This document shows, piece after piece, positions 41,101 through 54,666 of a DNA stretch of 64,000 bases. The stretch's first letter is position 1, and each line of letters starts with the position of its first letter. Origin of the DNA: Sphagnum compactum (taxonomy: Eukaryota). The notes under the pieces are model-generated. The model was not told the DNA's origin. It worked only from the letters and a program-made list of their open reading frames with translations, and ran no database searches. The DNA lies in contig OZ234493.1 of NCBI GenBank assembly GCA_965153455.1, positions 25,782,213 to 25,846,212 on the forward strand. The letters run 5' to 3'. The translations under genes were made by a program, and so were the position numbers.

Positions 41101-43499
41101 TGAGGTTTAATGTGCAAGGTGACATTTAGTGACAATGGAAACTTTGCCAATTTTCTATTTTTTGGGTAGTTTTTTTACAATTCTAATAAAGTTTTCAAAA
41201 AATTTCACCATTTAAATTAAATCTTTTGTGGGATCATTGCCATTCATGCTAAATTTTTGATGAAATGATTGCCATTCATGACACATCACAATTTTTATTG
41301 TCTTTATCATTGTTTGTTTTTTCACGACATTATTTTGTTGTTCCATTAATTAATAAAGTTTCAGTTATGTTTCATGTTAATAATTTCCAATAGTAAACCA
41401 AAAAAAAAAATTGGTCCAAAAGTTATTAATTATATTTTTCAAGTTGCATCGATTCAAGGTGAATTTGATTTTGTTCCAAATGTTTCAATGTAGAAACTAG
41501 TTATGTTAATGGACAACTTGTTCTTAAGATGACTACATCAACCTTAATGTCAATGAGATTTTGAAGGATTGACCAAAAGGTTCAAAATATGAGTTGTAGA
41601 ATTTATCAAATGAGTATTACACAATATTAGGCAACAATTTACAAACAACTTCAATAATTACAAAATTGGTTTTTGTGTTGACTTTATGTTATTTGAAAAC
41701 TTGATTGCAAATAAACATGCTTGAAGATTGACCAAATTGAAGATGAAAAATATAAAAAATTGTCACAATATATGCAAATACTATGAGAAGGTAATTGAAT
41801 AAATTTTGAATTGAGACAAATATAGTTGATTTGTAACTAGTAAATTTGTAAAATTGAACTTCTTGATGCTAGATAATAATAGACATACTATTTTTTGCAT
41901 TCATTAACAATGATCAACATCATTTGTTTCCAAATTATACATGTTATAATCACATTTTTTTTTTCAATTTTCATGTGTTTGATTTAATGTTGATTTTTGG
42001 GCCAAAAATCACCAAATTTTTCAAAAAATTTAAGGCTAGCCCCTTTCAAGCTTGGATTTCAAGGGTGAAATCCTGAAATTCGGAACTTTTCACCTAAAAG
42101 CATCATGATGTCCTAAAAGGTCACCAAAAATGTACACAACTTAGAAACTTTTTGCGTTTCTATTGAGTGCATAGCGATGGTTAGTTGCCAAATTGCCCAA
42201 AAAGGAACCCTACATTTGCCTATGTGTTTACCTTGACCATTAGATCATCACAACTTTGTCCTCCTTCAATCTAGGCCATTTGCCAAATCTTTCCCCTTTT
42301 GCCTTAAAAATTTCACCACTATTCCTCCTATTTACTTTTCAAATTCAATAGAAGTTTAGAGGTTCACATGTTATAAACTTACATTTTGTGACTTTGGAAC
42401 CTTCCCAAAATTTGGATCTTGATGTTAAAACTTACATTTCATCATGTGTTTACAAGCAAATTGCATTGAATGGTTTCATAAGTCTTGATTTTGTATACAT
42501 TATCTTTATGTTGCAACTTGCAACTTGCAGCTATCCTTGAGCTTTCAAGATTTAGGGTTTTGTGCTCTTGACTCTTAAATGAGTGCTCAAGCCTCACTTG
42601 TAGTTAATAGTAGTAGCTTGAGAAACTCGAGATGACAATTGCAACATTCTTTTTTTTTGTAAGTGTTCGAAATATCATAGAATCATGATCATGATTTATG
42701 GTGATGGACTTGCAAACAACACTAAATCATCTTGAGATTGGAAAATGTAGCTTGGAAGTTCAATGGTTGACATTGATGCAACACAATAGATGCAATTTTT
42801 TTCATTGCTTTTAATTTTAGGTTTGTATTTATGCTTAATCATTTGCATATGGTGTAGCATTCTAATTTGTAAATCAAATGTAAATTCACTATTGCTTTCA
42901 AGGTTTTTATGTTTTTGCAAGTTTTTTGTTGTTGACGTAGTTCTTCCACTTTTGTGATTCTTTTGTTTTTATAAATTTTTTGAAATTTTTTGGTTCAAAG
43001 GTTCTTTTGCCTTCAAGGTTCTTTTGCTACTATCAAGGTTCTTCTTGTTTTGTGATTATTTTCCTTTTGTCAAGGTTCTTTTGCTTCTGTGGTTTTATAA
43101 CACATTGCGCATTTGTTTGTTGCGTTGTTTATTTTTGTGATTTCACTATGTTTTTGTGTAGCTTCTATTTAGATCGCACTATGGAGTTGTTGTGAACCTT
43201 AGTGTGTCTGGACTATTTGTTTGAAGATGCTTCCCCGTAAGTCGCCCCAAATTTCAATTTCAAATATTTTTACACCTTTTGCAACCCTAGCAATGGCATC
43301 CCTTTTGATAACTCTAATGTGGCTTGCAGTAGTAGAAGTGAGATTTAGTTCAAATGTGAGCTTGCTACCTCAAAAGGTAATCAAGTTGTCATTGAATATG
43401 TGTTTGTGATTTGTTTATATTTAGATTTTCTTGTAGATAGTCCAAGTCCTGGCATTGATTTAATAGAAGGGCCTTAAGTTTCAATAGAGGTCTTGGAGC

Positions 43500-46380
43500 A
43501 TAAAGTTAACAAAACACATGAATATGAGTCAAGGAGGAAATTTCAAGTGGGTCAAAGGATGGTTGGGGTACCCAAAAGGACTATCTCATTTTATATTCAT
43601 TGGACCTCTTCATTTAAACTCGTCATTGAAATTTAATGACACATTCATATTGAAAGTTTGATTTTTTTCATAGATAAATACATTACAAAGGTATTATACT
43701 ATGCATAGAATGTTAAATTTGAACAAGTTTAAGGATTCCTACCAAGTCCTTGAAAAAAATCCGAAACTTTGTCTCATGAGAAAGAAAAAGTTCAAGGATT
43801 CATAAGGAATGTTTAAACAATTTTTTTTGGCCCAAGATTTTTACAACAAACACCTTATGTGTTAATGTGTATAAAATGTATGAATGTGACAATAACTAAA
43901 TGCCCTATTGTAATGTAAAAAGTTTTAAAAAATCAAATTCTTGGGAAGTTTGGGCCATTGATATAATATGGCCCACATTGGACAAATTTTACTATTCTCA
44001 CTTTCACAAATGAAAGCAATAGATACTTTAGAGGTTTATATAAAATTTGGAACAAAATTATTTTATTTGACATGAGAAAAAATGGTAAAATGTAAGACAT
44101 CTCATGGAAAAGTGAAGAAAAAAAGAATTCGGGAGCCTAGGAGTGAGAGGGTTCAAATGTGTACCCCAATCATTTTTGGACCCAAGTTTCCTGGGTAGCC
44201 AAGCTACCTTGGGTTGAATTATAGATGGGTGTTGATGGTTGTTTACACCTTATGAAATGCAAAGTATGTTTAGAGGTTGAACATAAATATAAGTTGTTGG
44301 CTCCAAATTGGATTCACTCCAAAAACATGCCGGTTGGAGGAAGGCTGAAAGAAATATGAAAGGGGTGAAGAAAGGTAAGTGGTATACCAGTAATGACTAT
44401 AAGCACAATAAAAACATAACTAATTATGCTTGCGAAGGGAGTGAGTCCATTTTGCAGCAGGTTGTTACTAGGTTGGCTAGTGAAAAATGTAGGAAACTAG
44501 TTCAGTTTGCCACATTATTCCACACATTGAAGCATGGTCGGCCAATGCTCGAGTACAAGGTTCACAAATAATTGTTTGATTATTTGAGCTTTGAGGAGAA
44601 CCCTAAAATGCATTGGATAGATTTAGTAGGTTGGCTTATGGTCCAACACATGCATGGCATTGTTTTGGAGGCCACCAAATTTGTTGTTAGAGTAGCCCAA
44701 TTCATTTCATTTGTGATGCGGTTAATACCCCATTGACAATTAGAGTTGGCTTTTAGTTCATGCTTATGTGGTTCATAATTGGTTGCGGGTACCAATCCTT
44801 GTTTCTTTTGAACATGTGGTGGTGGGATTAGGTGTTGATAACTTCACTCAAATCCTCATGCAAGCCTTGATGCATGAAGGAGGTTTAACAAAAGATTTGA
44901 TCAGTAAAAAGTTGATGACATTTAGTGGAGATGGGGTTTTTATTTTTCAAGGCACTAGGTCGGGTGTTGTTCAACAAATTTTAAGAGGTGCTCCACATTC
45001 CATGGGGGTTCACTACATGGCTCATATAACCAATTTGGCAATTCAAACTTTGTCGCATTTGTAGATGGTGAACAAAATTGAGGGATTACTCCAAACCTTG
45101 TACAATTACTTCTTTAAAAGGCATTTGGAATTTACGAAGACTGCAGAACTTATGGAAATGAAGGGGGCAAAGATTTGAAGAATGTGAAAATTCATCAAAT
45201 ATCTAGTATGTTGTCCTTTGCTGGACGTGTGATGGTGGAGTGCAAAACTTTGTTGATGAAGATGGCCCTTGATGGTCCTACCTTGATGGTCTTACCAATG
45301 ACAAAGCCAAGGCAAATTTTGAACTTCTTTGCGATATGCAGATTTTATTAAGACTTACCATTCTGCTAAGTTGTCCACAACTTAATTAAGTTCAATTAGT
45401 TGTGTGATGTTTTTGTCTACGATTTTGTGGCAACAACAAAGGTATGTCATGGGGAGATCTACACACATATCAAAACACGAGGTTTAAGTCTATGCATTTG
45501 TAGGTTACAATGTTATATTGGCTTCTACACATTATTCTATAATCATGTGCTGGATGCCAAATTTGAACTATAGTGTGGAACATTTGGCTTTTGATGTGAA
45601 TTAGTAGCACATCTGGGTTACTCATCTTGATTTGTAGACTAGTGTGGTTTCATATCTAACCAGAGAGGTGTATGTTACAACCATCATGCAGGTGGAAGTA
45701 AATTGTGTAGTTGTAACCTTAACCCTAATTTTTTTTTTTTTTTTTCACTTTGTCTATTTGGAATTTGGAAAGGGGAAGTTATTTGGTGGTTATTTGGGTT
45801 ATAAGGGCTATTGATTGCCTTGTTGCAAAATTGGAAAGGAGATTCCTTACTCGTGATGTCATGGAAAGTTTGGGTGTGATATACCCACAATATTGGTTAT
45901 AGTATGATGTAAACGAAAGTTTCAACAATCATTTGATGTGATTAAAGTTGCATTTTGCAGCCCCAAAAAGCTATTCGGTAATGATGTATGGGTTCCTGAG
46001 GTTTTATTAGCATTTGACATTGAACAATCTATGTTCAAGCTGGCCCTGAAATCAAATGCATGTTCTGTAATGACTAAGCTAATTGATGTGAATCCTTTGA
46101 TGCATTTTTGGCGCATTCTTTTGGCATCCAGATTATTTGCTTATTCTTTTTTGGAATACACCAAATTGGCAGAGATTGCCATGGTACAAGTCCTTGGTAA
46201 TGTCAAAGATGAGCGATGCTTTAGTTCCTTGGAATTATGCAAATTCAAGCTACGCAATTGCAACTAACAACCAACTTGGGATTGGTGGTGGTTAGAATGT
46301 TTTCCCAAAAGTTTTACACTTTGCAAATTTTTCCATATGCAAAAGCATTCGAGCACTAGTGGCGGGTAGAATGTCTTTGA
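43500..46380 (+). mobile_element. Degenerate hAT-superfamily transposase relic (ZNF862/KIAA1586-like)
   Basis: RKFQ/VSWVAKLPWV...MKCKVC...LDSLQKHAG (zinc finger); KLVQFATLFHTLKHGRPM; FSGDGVFIFQG; GVHYMAHITNLA (CxxH-derived); KLAEIAMVQVLGNVKDERCFSSL (hAT dimerisation). Many stops and frameshifts. Element ends not firmly identified. Confidence 0.8.
43549..44183. mobile_element. 635-bp non-autonomous TIR element with 4-bp TSD (AAGT), nested in the hAT relic
   Basis: TIR gggtcaaaggatggttggggtac versus inverted gggtccaaaaatgattggggtac (19/23); AAGT at 43545-48 and 44184-87. Confidence 0.85.
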
Positions 46381-47105
46381 TATGGTGTGGGAGCTTAGGC
46401 TTTCAATTCATTAGTTTACGAACGCAAAAGTTGGAAGTTGGAACTATACCTGGGTTTTGGCAACCTTGCAAGTTGCAATTTGCAAAGGTTTGTTGGTTTT
46501 TTTTGTATGGGAGTTGGTGCATCCATAATGGACGCTAGGGACCATGGACTCATAATTTATAACTATCCCTTTTGTGTTCATTTGTTTGCGGACTTTGGAC
46601 AATTTTTGGGTTTTTGTGTAAGTGAAATGGTGATCCCAAATGGATACCACTTCTTATTCAACCTTCTATTTCCAAGTCTTATTATGTTTTGAAAGTTGAA
46701 GGTGGTTTTGTATTGAACTAATGTATTTGTTTTTGTAGGTAGGCCACTTGTGCTACAATGGGTAGTTTAAAGGGTTCAATCCCCTCATAGGTGATTACTA
46801 ATTAGATTCTTATTCTCCATGTTTTAATAGAAGGTAGCTTAGATTTCTCCTTGTGAGAATTGACAATATCCAAAATTCTTACAATAATTGAACGCTGATA
46901 GCCAAAAATAGCCACATTAAAACAAATTAAATTGCTTAATGAAACTCCATTCCCTTTTGACTTGTAGCCAAAAAATCCATTACAAAAAATAATTATAGCC
47001 TGTTGGGCTCCAACTCATTCCAACCAGTGGCCCAGCCTAGCAACACAAGGGCTTAAACAATAGCCAAATGTCATATTTTTCCAAAACAAGAAAAAAAACA
47101 CTGGT

Positions 47106-47240
47106 TTAATTACAATTGTATTTTTGAGCTATAATCAAGTTTTTATTTCAATTTTCATACGTTTGATTACAATTGTGTTTATAAGCTATAATCACATTTT
47201 TATTTCAATTTTCATACATTTGATTACAATTGTGTTTATA
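47106..47240. repeat. ~57-bp tandem repeat, ~2.4 copies, upstream of APC2
   Basis: tt(a/g)attacaattgt...gctataatca...tttttatttcaattttcatac is repeated. Confidence 0.8.
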
Positions 47241-47333
47241 CAAAAAAATGTTTTGCAAGTTAATGTTAAAAAAATGTTGTTCTAAAAGCATTTGAGAAAA
47301 AGAAATCTTCCTTATGATGTTAGATGTCTTCTT

Positions 47334-47350
47334 TGGGTTTAGGGTTTAGG
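47334..47350 (+). promoter_or_regulatory. Telo-box (AAACCCTA, reverse orientation) in the APC2 5' region; further copies at 47912-47930 (intron 1) and 52503-52525
   Basis: gggtttagggtttagg ~130 bp upstream of the ATG; site II-like TGGGCY elements at ~47004 and ~47029. Function is inferred. Confidence 0.45.
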
Positions 47351-47475
47351 ATGACGAAGAAGCGGTTTCGCCATTGCAGAACAAGCACGAGGGTTTTTTC
47401 AGTGTGCGATGGTGCTAAGCTGCCGCTCGAGCGGCATGTAATAGTAGCATTGGAGCATTGAGAGGAGGGGAAGCG

Positions 47476-50400
47476 ATGGCTAAAAGGGGTAGTATGCTGG
47501 CAGCTGTGGCGCAGGCATGGCATGCCTACGCTCTGCAGGCCACAATTGCAATAAACTCTTCTGTAATCGTGTCATCATCATCGGGCAGCGAGAAGCATGG
47601 ATCTGGGTTAGAGAGCATGGAGTTTGCAACTAGTGTGCGAGTGCTGTGCGACCAAGGCTTGGCTCATCTGGTTCTAAGTTACTTCCTCGACGCCCTGGAG
47701 GTATATGTTATATATATCATTCGGAAAGATTGTCTGAATGGGTATCACGAAAGCTCCGAGAACCGAACCCTAAAGGAGATATATGGTTATATGATTATGC
47801 AAGCGATAATCTTTTGCACAATCTTTTGCTAGTGTATGGTAGCTTTAGAAGCAGTTGCTGCAGCAGAGAAACCAAAGGCTAGACCTGTGCTCTTTGCATT
47901 GTGCATACATGTAGGGTTTAGGGTTTAGGGACATTCTGACTGAGAATCTCTGGGGCCTCTGGCAAAATGTCTTGGGGGGGGGGTGTTTGGGGTTGGGGAT
48001 TTGCAGAGGACGTTCAAGCAGCAGCAGGTGTCCAAGCTGTGGCAACAATTGGATCCTTATTTTGTATTGAACCAAGATGATGCGGCCAGCAATGCTAAAG
48101 CAAGTGCGCTGAGTCTTTTTTCTGAATTTCATATCTCCTAGCAACAACAGAAATATGACACAAATGTGGAAGAATGTGGCATCCATCTTGGTGCAGGATG
48201 GTTCTTAACATCAGAGGCATGTTGTTTTGTAAAATATACATATGTATGTCTATGTGATTATTTCACTGCACTTTCAATTCTTTACCTCATGTTGCACGTA
48301 TCTGGTGATGGATGGACAAATGTCTCTGTCCAGCCAGGTTAAATTGTGTGAAACCAAGATGCATGAAGGATGCTACTTCAAAACTGTTCTGTCATCTTAC
48401 AAATGTTGTAGGTCAAGAGTAGTGTGAGAAGTTGTAAGTCAGGATTATTCTGTAGATTCAACATTGCCACATTTTCAAGTGTTTTAACTTGCGGTTTAGA
48501 CCTAGTGGTTATATTAGACTTCAAATTCCCAGAGGACTGTTGTATGAAGTGCAAGTTTTGCTCTTCCGGTTTCAACAAAGAAGTTTGTTCCAGTTTTTTT
48601 CAAAAATGTAGTCACATTCTTGTCAAAGCTATGGTTGCTTTGCCTCTGAATGAGGTTTGTTCACAGCTCTTTATATGTCGTAGAATTCAGAGTTGTTGGA
48701 TTGGAAGGGGTGAAGAGGAATTTGCCCAGTGATCTGCTTGTTTCAAAGCTTGATGGACCTTGGAATGGTGTAGGGTTTTGCCATACAGCCTTTTGGCTCA
48801 TGAATGGCAGGATGGAAATTGATGGGACCCTTTGGCGTGATGCAGCTGAATGACTGGGTGCAAGCTACACTTCCCAAAGTGCTGGCAGAGGTATCTGAAG
48901 CCAAGCTTGCACAAGAGACGCTTCTGGCAACACTGGCTGGAATTATACATCGAGGTGGTAATGGAGTGGCCTGTGATGCTGAAGGCTTGCTTTCAAGATA
49001 CCACACTGCTGTTAGTGCGCTCCTCCTCACCAGTGCCCCACATCATTTCTCAGGTGACATTGTTTTGGCCTCAGCTCTCTTCTGCCCCCATGTGCCACTA
49101 TCAGCTGTCACCTACAGGGACACCCTGTCTTGTATTTGAAGAGTAGTTTTCTTGTTCCTCATTTCTCTGGTTTCTTTGGACATGCAGAGGTTTTGAATCT
49201 CTACTTCAAGGGGCAATTGGACGAGTTCAGCAAGGTCGTGAAGCAACGCAACCACAGTCCACAGGGTAGCTATGTGACTGATGAAAATGCAGATGGTTCC
49301 AATGCAAGCCCTGATTACAGCAGTGGGGAAGATGATGAAATGGATGTTGCCCTCAGCAGTCATCACACATCTGTGTATGCTGATGAGATGGATATCAATG
49401 GGAGTTCACATGGCAGTCGAAGGGCTATGAACTTGAATGATTCAGATGGAGTTCGAGACATGGAACTCACTGATTATGTGACAAACAGTGAGTTGAAGCT
49501 CAGTGTGGGTGCAGCAAGCATTTATGAGGTGGTAACTGTTGCAGGTGAAGATTGGGTGGCTGGTGTGGGTTCTGTTGTCAATCACCTTCGCCATCTTGGG
49601 TTTGCTGCCATGAGTGAGGAGGGATATGCTTCTGCTATCTACTCCCTTTTGAAGGTGTGTCTTCTTGTATCACTTTGTAGCGCTTGTAGTAGTGTTGAGT
49701 ATTATGTAGCTGGCATCAGTTTTTGTACATGATCAGGTCTAGATTGCAGTCATCATGCAGCTCTGCACAGTTGAGGAGCTACCTGGCTGTTGCTTGCAAG
49801 GTAATTCTGGTACTGGTTGTGTCACTTTGTGTTTGAGAAGGTGGCACAAAAGTCACAGTTGGGTAAAGGCTTTGAACTTGTCTTGTTATGCAGGTGAAAA
49901 TCCATGGTATAGCAAACAAGCGCTATGAAAAGCCTGTGCTTGGTCCCATTCGGCGCTGGATTGAGGTCAGTCTAGTTTACTCTAACTATCTGGTCACTCT
50001 ATATTCAGGGGCTGCCTAAATCCTTAGTATCTTCCAAATCGACTGTACTAGGATTTGCATGGATGTTATTGAAATGTATTAAATTTTGCACATATTGGCG
50101 ATGGGAGAGTTGTATTTGTTGTCCTGTGTTGTTTGATGGAGGTTGGTCACTCCACATGGTTTCTCCTCCAAAGAGCTTGCTCTTAAAGTTCTGTATCTTG
50201 TTGCTCTGTCTTTCTTCCTTCCTTGTTTGGGGTCTTCTTCCTCTCTTTTAGATTTTGTTGAGCTAGCCTGCATTACGGCTGAGTTTTCCTATCACTGCCA
50301 CTCTTGTGACAGAAAGTCAGTATGTTGGAAAATATCATGGCAAGTATCAAGTATCTAGTATCAAGACAGTAGTGGTTTTGTGAACAGGCTGTTCCACTGC

Positions 50401-53400
50401 AGTTTCTGTCTGTCATGCTGGCAGCTTCAGGAACTCCGTCTCATTTCACCAAGACTTCTCCATCTGCATTTCCCTCACCCCTGACTTCAACACCAGTACT
50501 TGCTTCTGGAGCTGATAAAACTGTCGCAGAAAGAGTTATCAGGTGGCGATTACGGCTGCAGTTTTTTGCTTATGAGACCCTTGGTGACTTACGGATTAGT
50601 GAGCTTTTTGACATTATTGTTGACTACCCAGAGAGGTGAACTCTTTGTTCTTGTAGATGGTATCTTGTTACTTGAACCTGCAGTATAGGGTTCCAATATT
50701 GCTGATTAGGTAAGAACAGATAGGTTTGTCTCAAATTTCAGGAATGTTGAGGGCAACAGCATTCAGAGTTTTGCTCCTGTTAGATATATCGGTGGTTCTA
50801 GATATGAAACCACCAAATTGCAAAGGCAGTACATGGTTTTTCATGTCTACATGTTCAGCCTTCCATTATGTGAGATCCTTGAACTTGGATGTGTATGGTG
50901 CAGCATAGCAGCAATAGAGGACTTGCGGCAGTGTTTGGCTAATACAGGCCACCATGCTAAGCTGGTGGAGTCATTTCGTACAGCACTGCGGCAACGGCTA
51001 CTGACAGCAGGAGCAGCAACCACAGACATTTTACTGCAGTACGTTTCAACCATCAAAGCTCTGCGAACAATGGATCCCACAGGTGTGGTCTTGGAAGCTG
51101 TAGCAGAGCCCATCAAAGAATATCTACGGGGCCGCAAGGACACAATACGGTGCATTGTGACAATGTTGACCGATGACACAGGTGTGAGTGGGTCGTCAGG
51201 ACTGGGTGGAGCAGGTGAGAGCCTTTTTGAAGAACTAAGCCGTGGTGTAACTGCACTTGAGAATGCTGACAGTGATGAGGATGGTGATGGAGATGGTGAT
51301 GAGGCTTGGGCTGCTGCTGAGCGGTATGTACCTTTCTCCTTTTGACTGTGTGGTAACCATTTTTTCCAACTTATTTTCTCACTCCCTTGTTTCTCTTTGT
51401 TTGCTAATTTGGAATCGCTTATATAGTATAACACTGGATCTCCTTGTTGTTGTGATCAGCTGACCTTGTGACATCCAGCTTCTCTTGTGATTCAGATGGG
51501 AACCTGACCCTGTGGAAGCAGATCCATCACGCACAAGTAAGAGTCGAAGGTTAATGGATATCATAAGCATGCTTGTTGGTATCTATGGTTCAAAGGAGCT
51601 GTTTGTAAATGAGTATCGAGTTATGCTGGCTGAGAAGCTGCTGAACAAGTCAGACTATGATACTGACCGTGATATTCGCACGCTGGAACTGCTCAAGGTC
51701 AATAAAAGCATTCTTCTTTTCTTCTGCATGGTTTGTTGTCTAAGTTGTAGAGAACATCACTGTTGATATGCGCAATTGAAATTTTCTTCTTTGCTGATAT
51801 TTTTGGAGACAAAATCTAGCGATGGTGTGATATAGGATTGATAGATTCAAGGTTGCAGGTTGTACATATCTTTATGTTGTGTTGTACATATTCTTGGAAG
51901 TTCTTACCCATATGCTTGCTATGACAAAATCAGCTGCGATTTGGTGAGAGCAATATGCATGGATGTGAAATCATGTTGAAGGATGTGGCAGACTCCAAGC
52001 GCATTAACTCCAATATCAAGGCCTCAGCTGCAGCAGCTGGTCTTAATCAACGTGCTCCTTTTCCTGCCCCTGCACTTCCTGCTACTACAGGTGCTGCTGC
52101 ATTTCTTGGGGCAGCCCCTGCTATTGCAACAAACAACTCTTCTCCAGTTCTGCCATTGAGAGTCACTGAGACTTCATGGACCACAGCCATGCAAGGCCTT
52201 AGACCACAGAGTGTTGATGCAGCTATATCAAAAGGAGACCAGCAACTACCCCTGGAGGTCTTGGATGCAACTATTATTTCATCTCTCTTTTGGCCTCCAT
52301 TCCAGGTGACTCCTCATGAAATTTTCACCCAAACTTCTATGGGGGTGGGGACCAAGCTACTGCAAAAATTGTCTCAGCTGGGGCAGTGGAAAATCTGTGG
52401 AATAGTGGTACCTCTGGAAAGATCAGCCTACACTTGGGACCCAGCAGTCCAGTCCAGTCGGTCAATTTGGTGTATAAGATGGATCAATTATGGGAGTGCC
52501 ATAAACCCTAAACCCTAAACCCTAATCTGTTGGTTTCTGGCGCTCTATCAGCAGGAAGTTTGAAACAGTTCTAAAGTCCAGAATGCCTCACTTTATGACT
52601 GTGGATGTAGCTGTGCTTTCCATTCTCAAGTAGACATGATGTTATCCTTGGATTTACTTTGCTCACAAAGCTTGGATGTGGTACAGGCAGAGACACTGAA
52701 GGTTCCTGCAGTGGTCGAGCAGTTACTGGATGATTATGCTCAGCGTTATCATGCACTGAAAGCACCTCGCAAGCTTCAGTGGCGGAAACACTTGGGAACT
52801 GTTAAGGTCTTTTTGCTAACCTTCCTCTCATCTGCCTCCAACAAAAGGCTCCTGAAAGGAAAAGCAATTGATTTCTCAGAAGAATGGACTGGGCAACTAC
52901 ATTTATTCTGCCTTGAGATATTGCTCCAGGATGTCATTGTGGTACTTCTGTTGTCATCTGCTCCATACCCCTCATTGCTTACCGTGTGAATGGCTCTCTT
53001 GTACAATGTGCGTTGGTTAGCTGGAGCTACAATTTGAGGATCGGTCAGCTCAATTTGTGGTATCACCAATGCATGCAGCGATTATCATGCAGTTTGAAGC
53101 TCAGCCAAGGTGTGTTCCTTGCTCTTTTACCTTGTGCTGGTTCTGGACATCTTGCATCTTGTGTCAGTTCCAGACATGTTCCAGACATAGATGAATCTGT
53201 GATTAAATTTCAGGATTGTGTTTGTCAATTACCCACAGTGTTGCTTCATGAGAATGCTTGGTTGGTCTGGCTGATGCACGTTGTGGTTGTGAGAACCATA
53301 TGTGTTGGTTGTGGAGTGACTGCAAAGGTAGTTGAATTGTGACAATTTTTGAACTGTGTCATAGATGGACAGCAGCAGAGCTAGCAGAAGCAGTTGGTGT

Positions 53401-54666
53401 ACCTATCCTTACGCTTCGCAGGCGCATCATGCTTTGGGTGAACCAGGTACAGGAGTACATGTACATCTGAATACCTCTTGTTTTAGTAGTGAGGCTGGAA
53501 GATTTTTCTGTTTGAACTATTGTTAGTGAATATTGACACTTGACAGGCAAGGCAGAGCAAATAACTTTTCCTGCAAAATTAGTCTGTAGGGGATCTCACT
53601 GGAAATCCTGATGTGATAGGGTATCTTACTCTGTTCATTTGAAGTCGTACATCATACTGGTGCTGGACTCCCTAAAATGTTAGGATGATCATGTAGGACA
53701 CTGGTCTTCTATCTGGTAGCTCATATGCCAGTGGACATCTGCACAATATATACTGTAGGTTTCTATTTTTTTCTTATTGGAAGTTCAGACAGTTTTTTGG
53801 TTGAGTAGCCATTTGTGCATGGCAGGGTGTTTTGCGGGAGTCACATACCATAAGTGATGGGGAGATAGTGTATACCATAGTAGAGACCATGGGTGATGCA
53901 GGAGGTCGAACGTCAGGTGGAACGATGGCTGCAAATGATGCTGCTGTTCCTTTGCTGAGTGAAGAGGATGGAGAGAGTGCAGTAGCTTCCATGGAAGACC
54001 AGTGGCAACAAGAGATGAGTGTCTATGAGGTTTGTCTTCTCTTCCAACACTTGTGATCCAAGGGATTTCTCAAGTGATCTGTCTTCAGGAAAAAAACAAA
54101 ATAGTGAAGGTTAACTTTTGGTGTTGGATAAGGAGATTGAGTGTTGTTGGGGATTAGTTTTGTTGGTCTCCTGCAAGGTGATCTTTGGTCAATCCATCAT
54201 TTGTCCTCTCCTTATTTTATTGCACGACTGTTGTTGCATTTACTACTAGTCTGTTAACTGGAGTCATTGGTGGCATTGCAGTCATATGTGGTGGGCATGC
54301 TAACGAATTTTGACTCATTGCCACTTGATCGCATTCACAACATGCTCAAAGTACAATCCATATCACAGATCACCATTGCTTTCAGTTTTTTCATGGCTTT
54401 TTTACTCTATTTTGGTTCTGCTGAATATTGAGCCCTTCCTTGAAAGTCTGAAGAGGGAAAATGATCTGATCTTGCTACTCCACGATGAATTGACTGAACA
54501 TGCCATTCTGTGGGATGGGGTGTTGGGGGCGAGGGTATCATAGATGTTTGTATCAGACCCACCATATGATAAGACACTACAGCAATTACAAGGGTTCCTT
54601 GGACGATTGATCTCTGAGGAGAAGCTGGAGGTTCGGGATGGGCTTTATCGCCGGAGACAATTGTAG
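47476..54666 (+). CDS. APC2: Anaphase-promoting complex subunit 2 (cullin-like); exons 47476-47700, 48007-48099/48103, 48846/48811-49053, 49188-49654, 49894-49965, 50388-50635, 50904-51323, 51496-51697, 51934-52305, 52687-52806, 53021-53109, 53365-53446, 53826-54029, 54282-54350, 54544-54666
   Basis: LRISELFDIIVDYPES..AIEDLRQCL, RLLTAGAATTDILLQYVSTIKAL, YLRGRKDTIRCIV, WEPDPVEADP, FVNEYRVMLAEKLL, LKLRFGE..MHGCEIMLKDVADSKRIN, ISSLFWP, KAPRKLQW..HLGTVKLEL, GMLTNFDSLPLDRIHNMLKMF. All junctions are phase-consistent with no internal stops. Confidence 0.96.

Noticed and set aside
42060-46786. Candidate hAT TIRs (caagggtgaaatcc / gggttcaatcccct)
   Set aside because: The match is poor and no 8-bp TSD was found.
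50847-51434. 195-aa antisense ORF (and similar antisense ORFs over other exons)
   Set aside because: Shadow frames of real coding exons.
52503-52525. Telomeric repeats as evidence of a chromosome end or fusion
   Set aside because: Only 2-3 units, located in introns and promoters; these are ordinary telo-box-type interstitial motifs.
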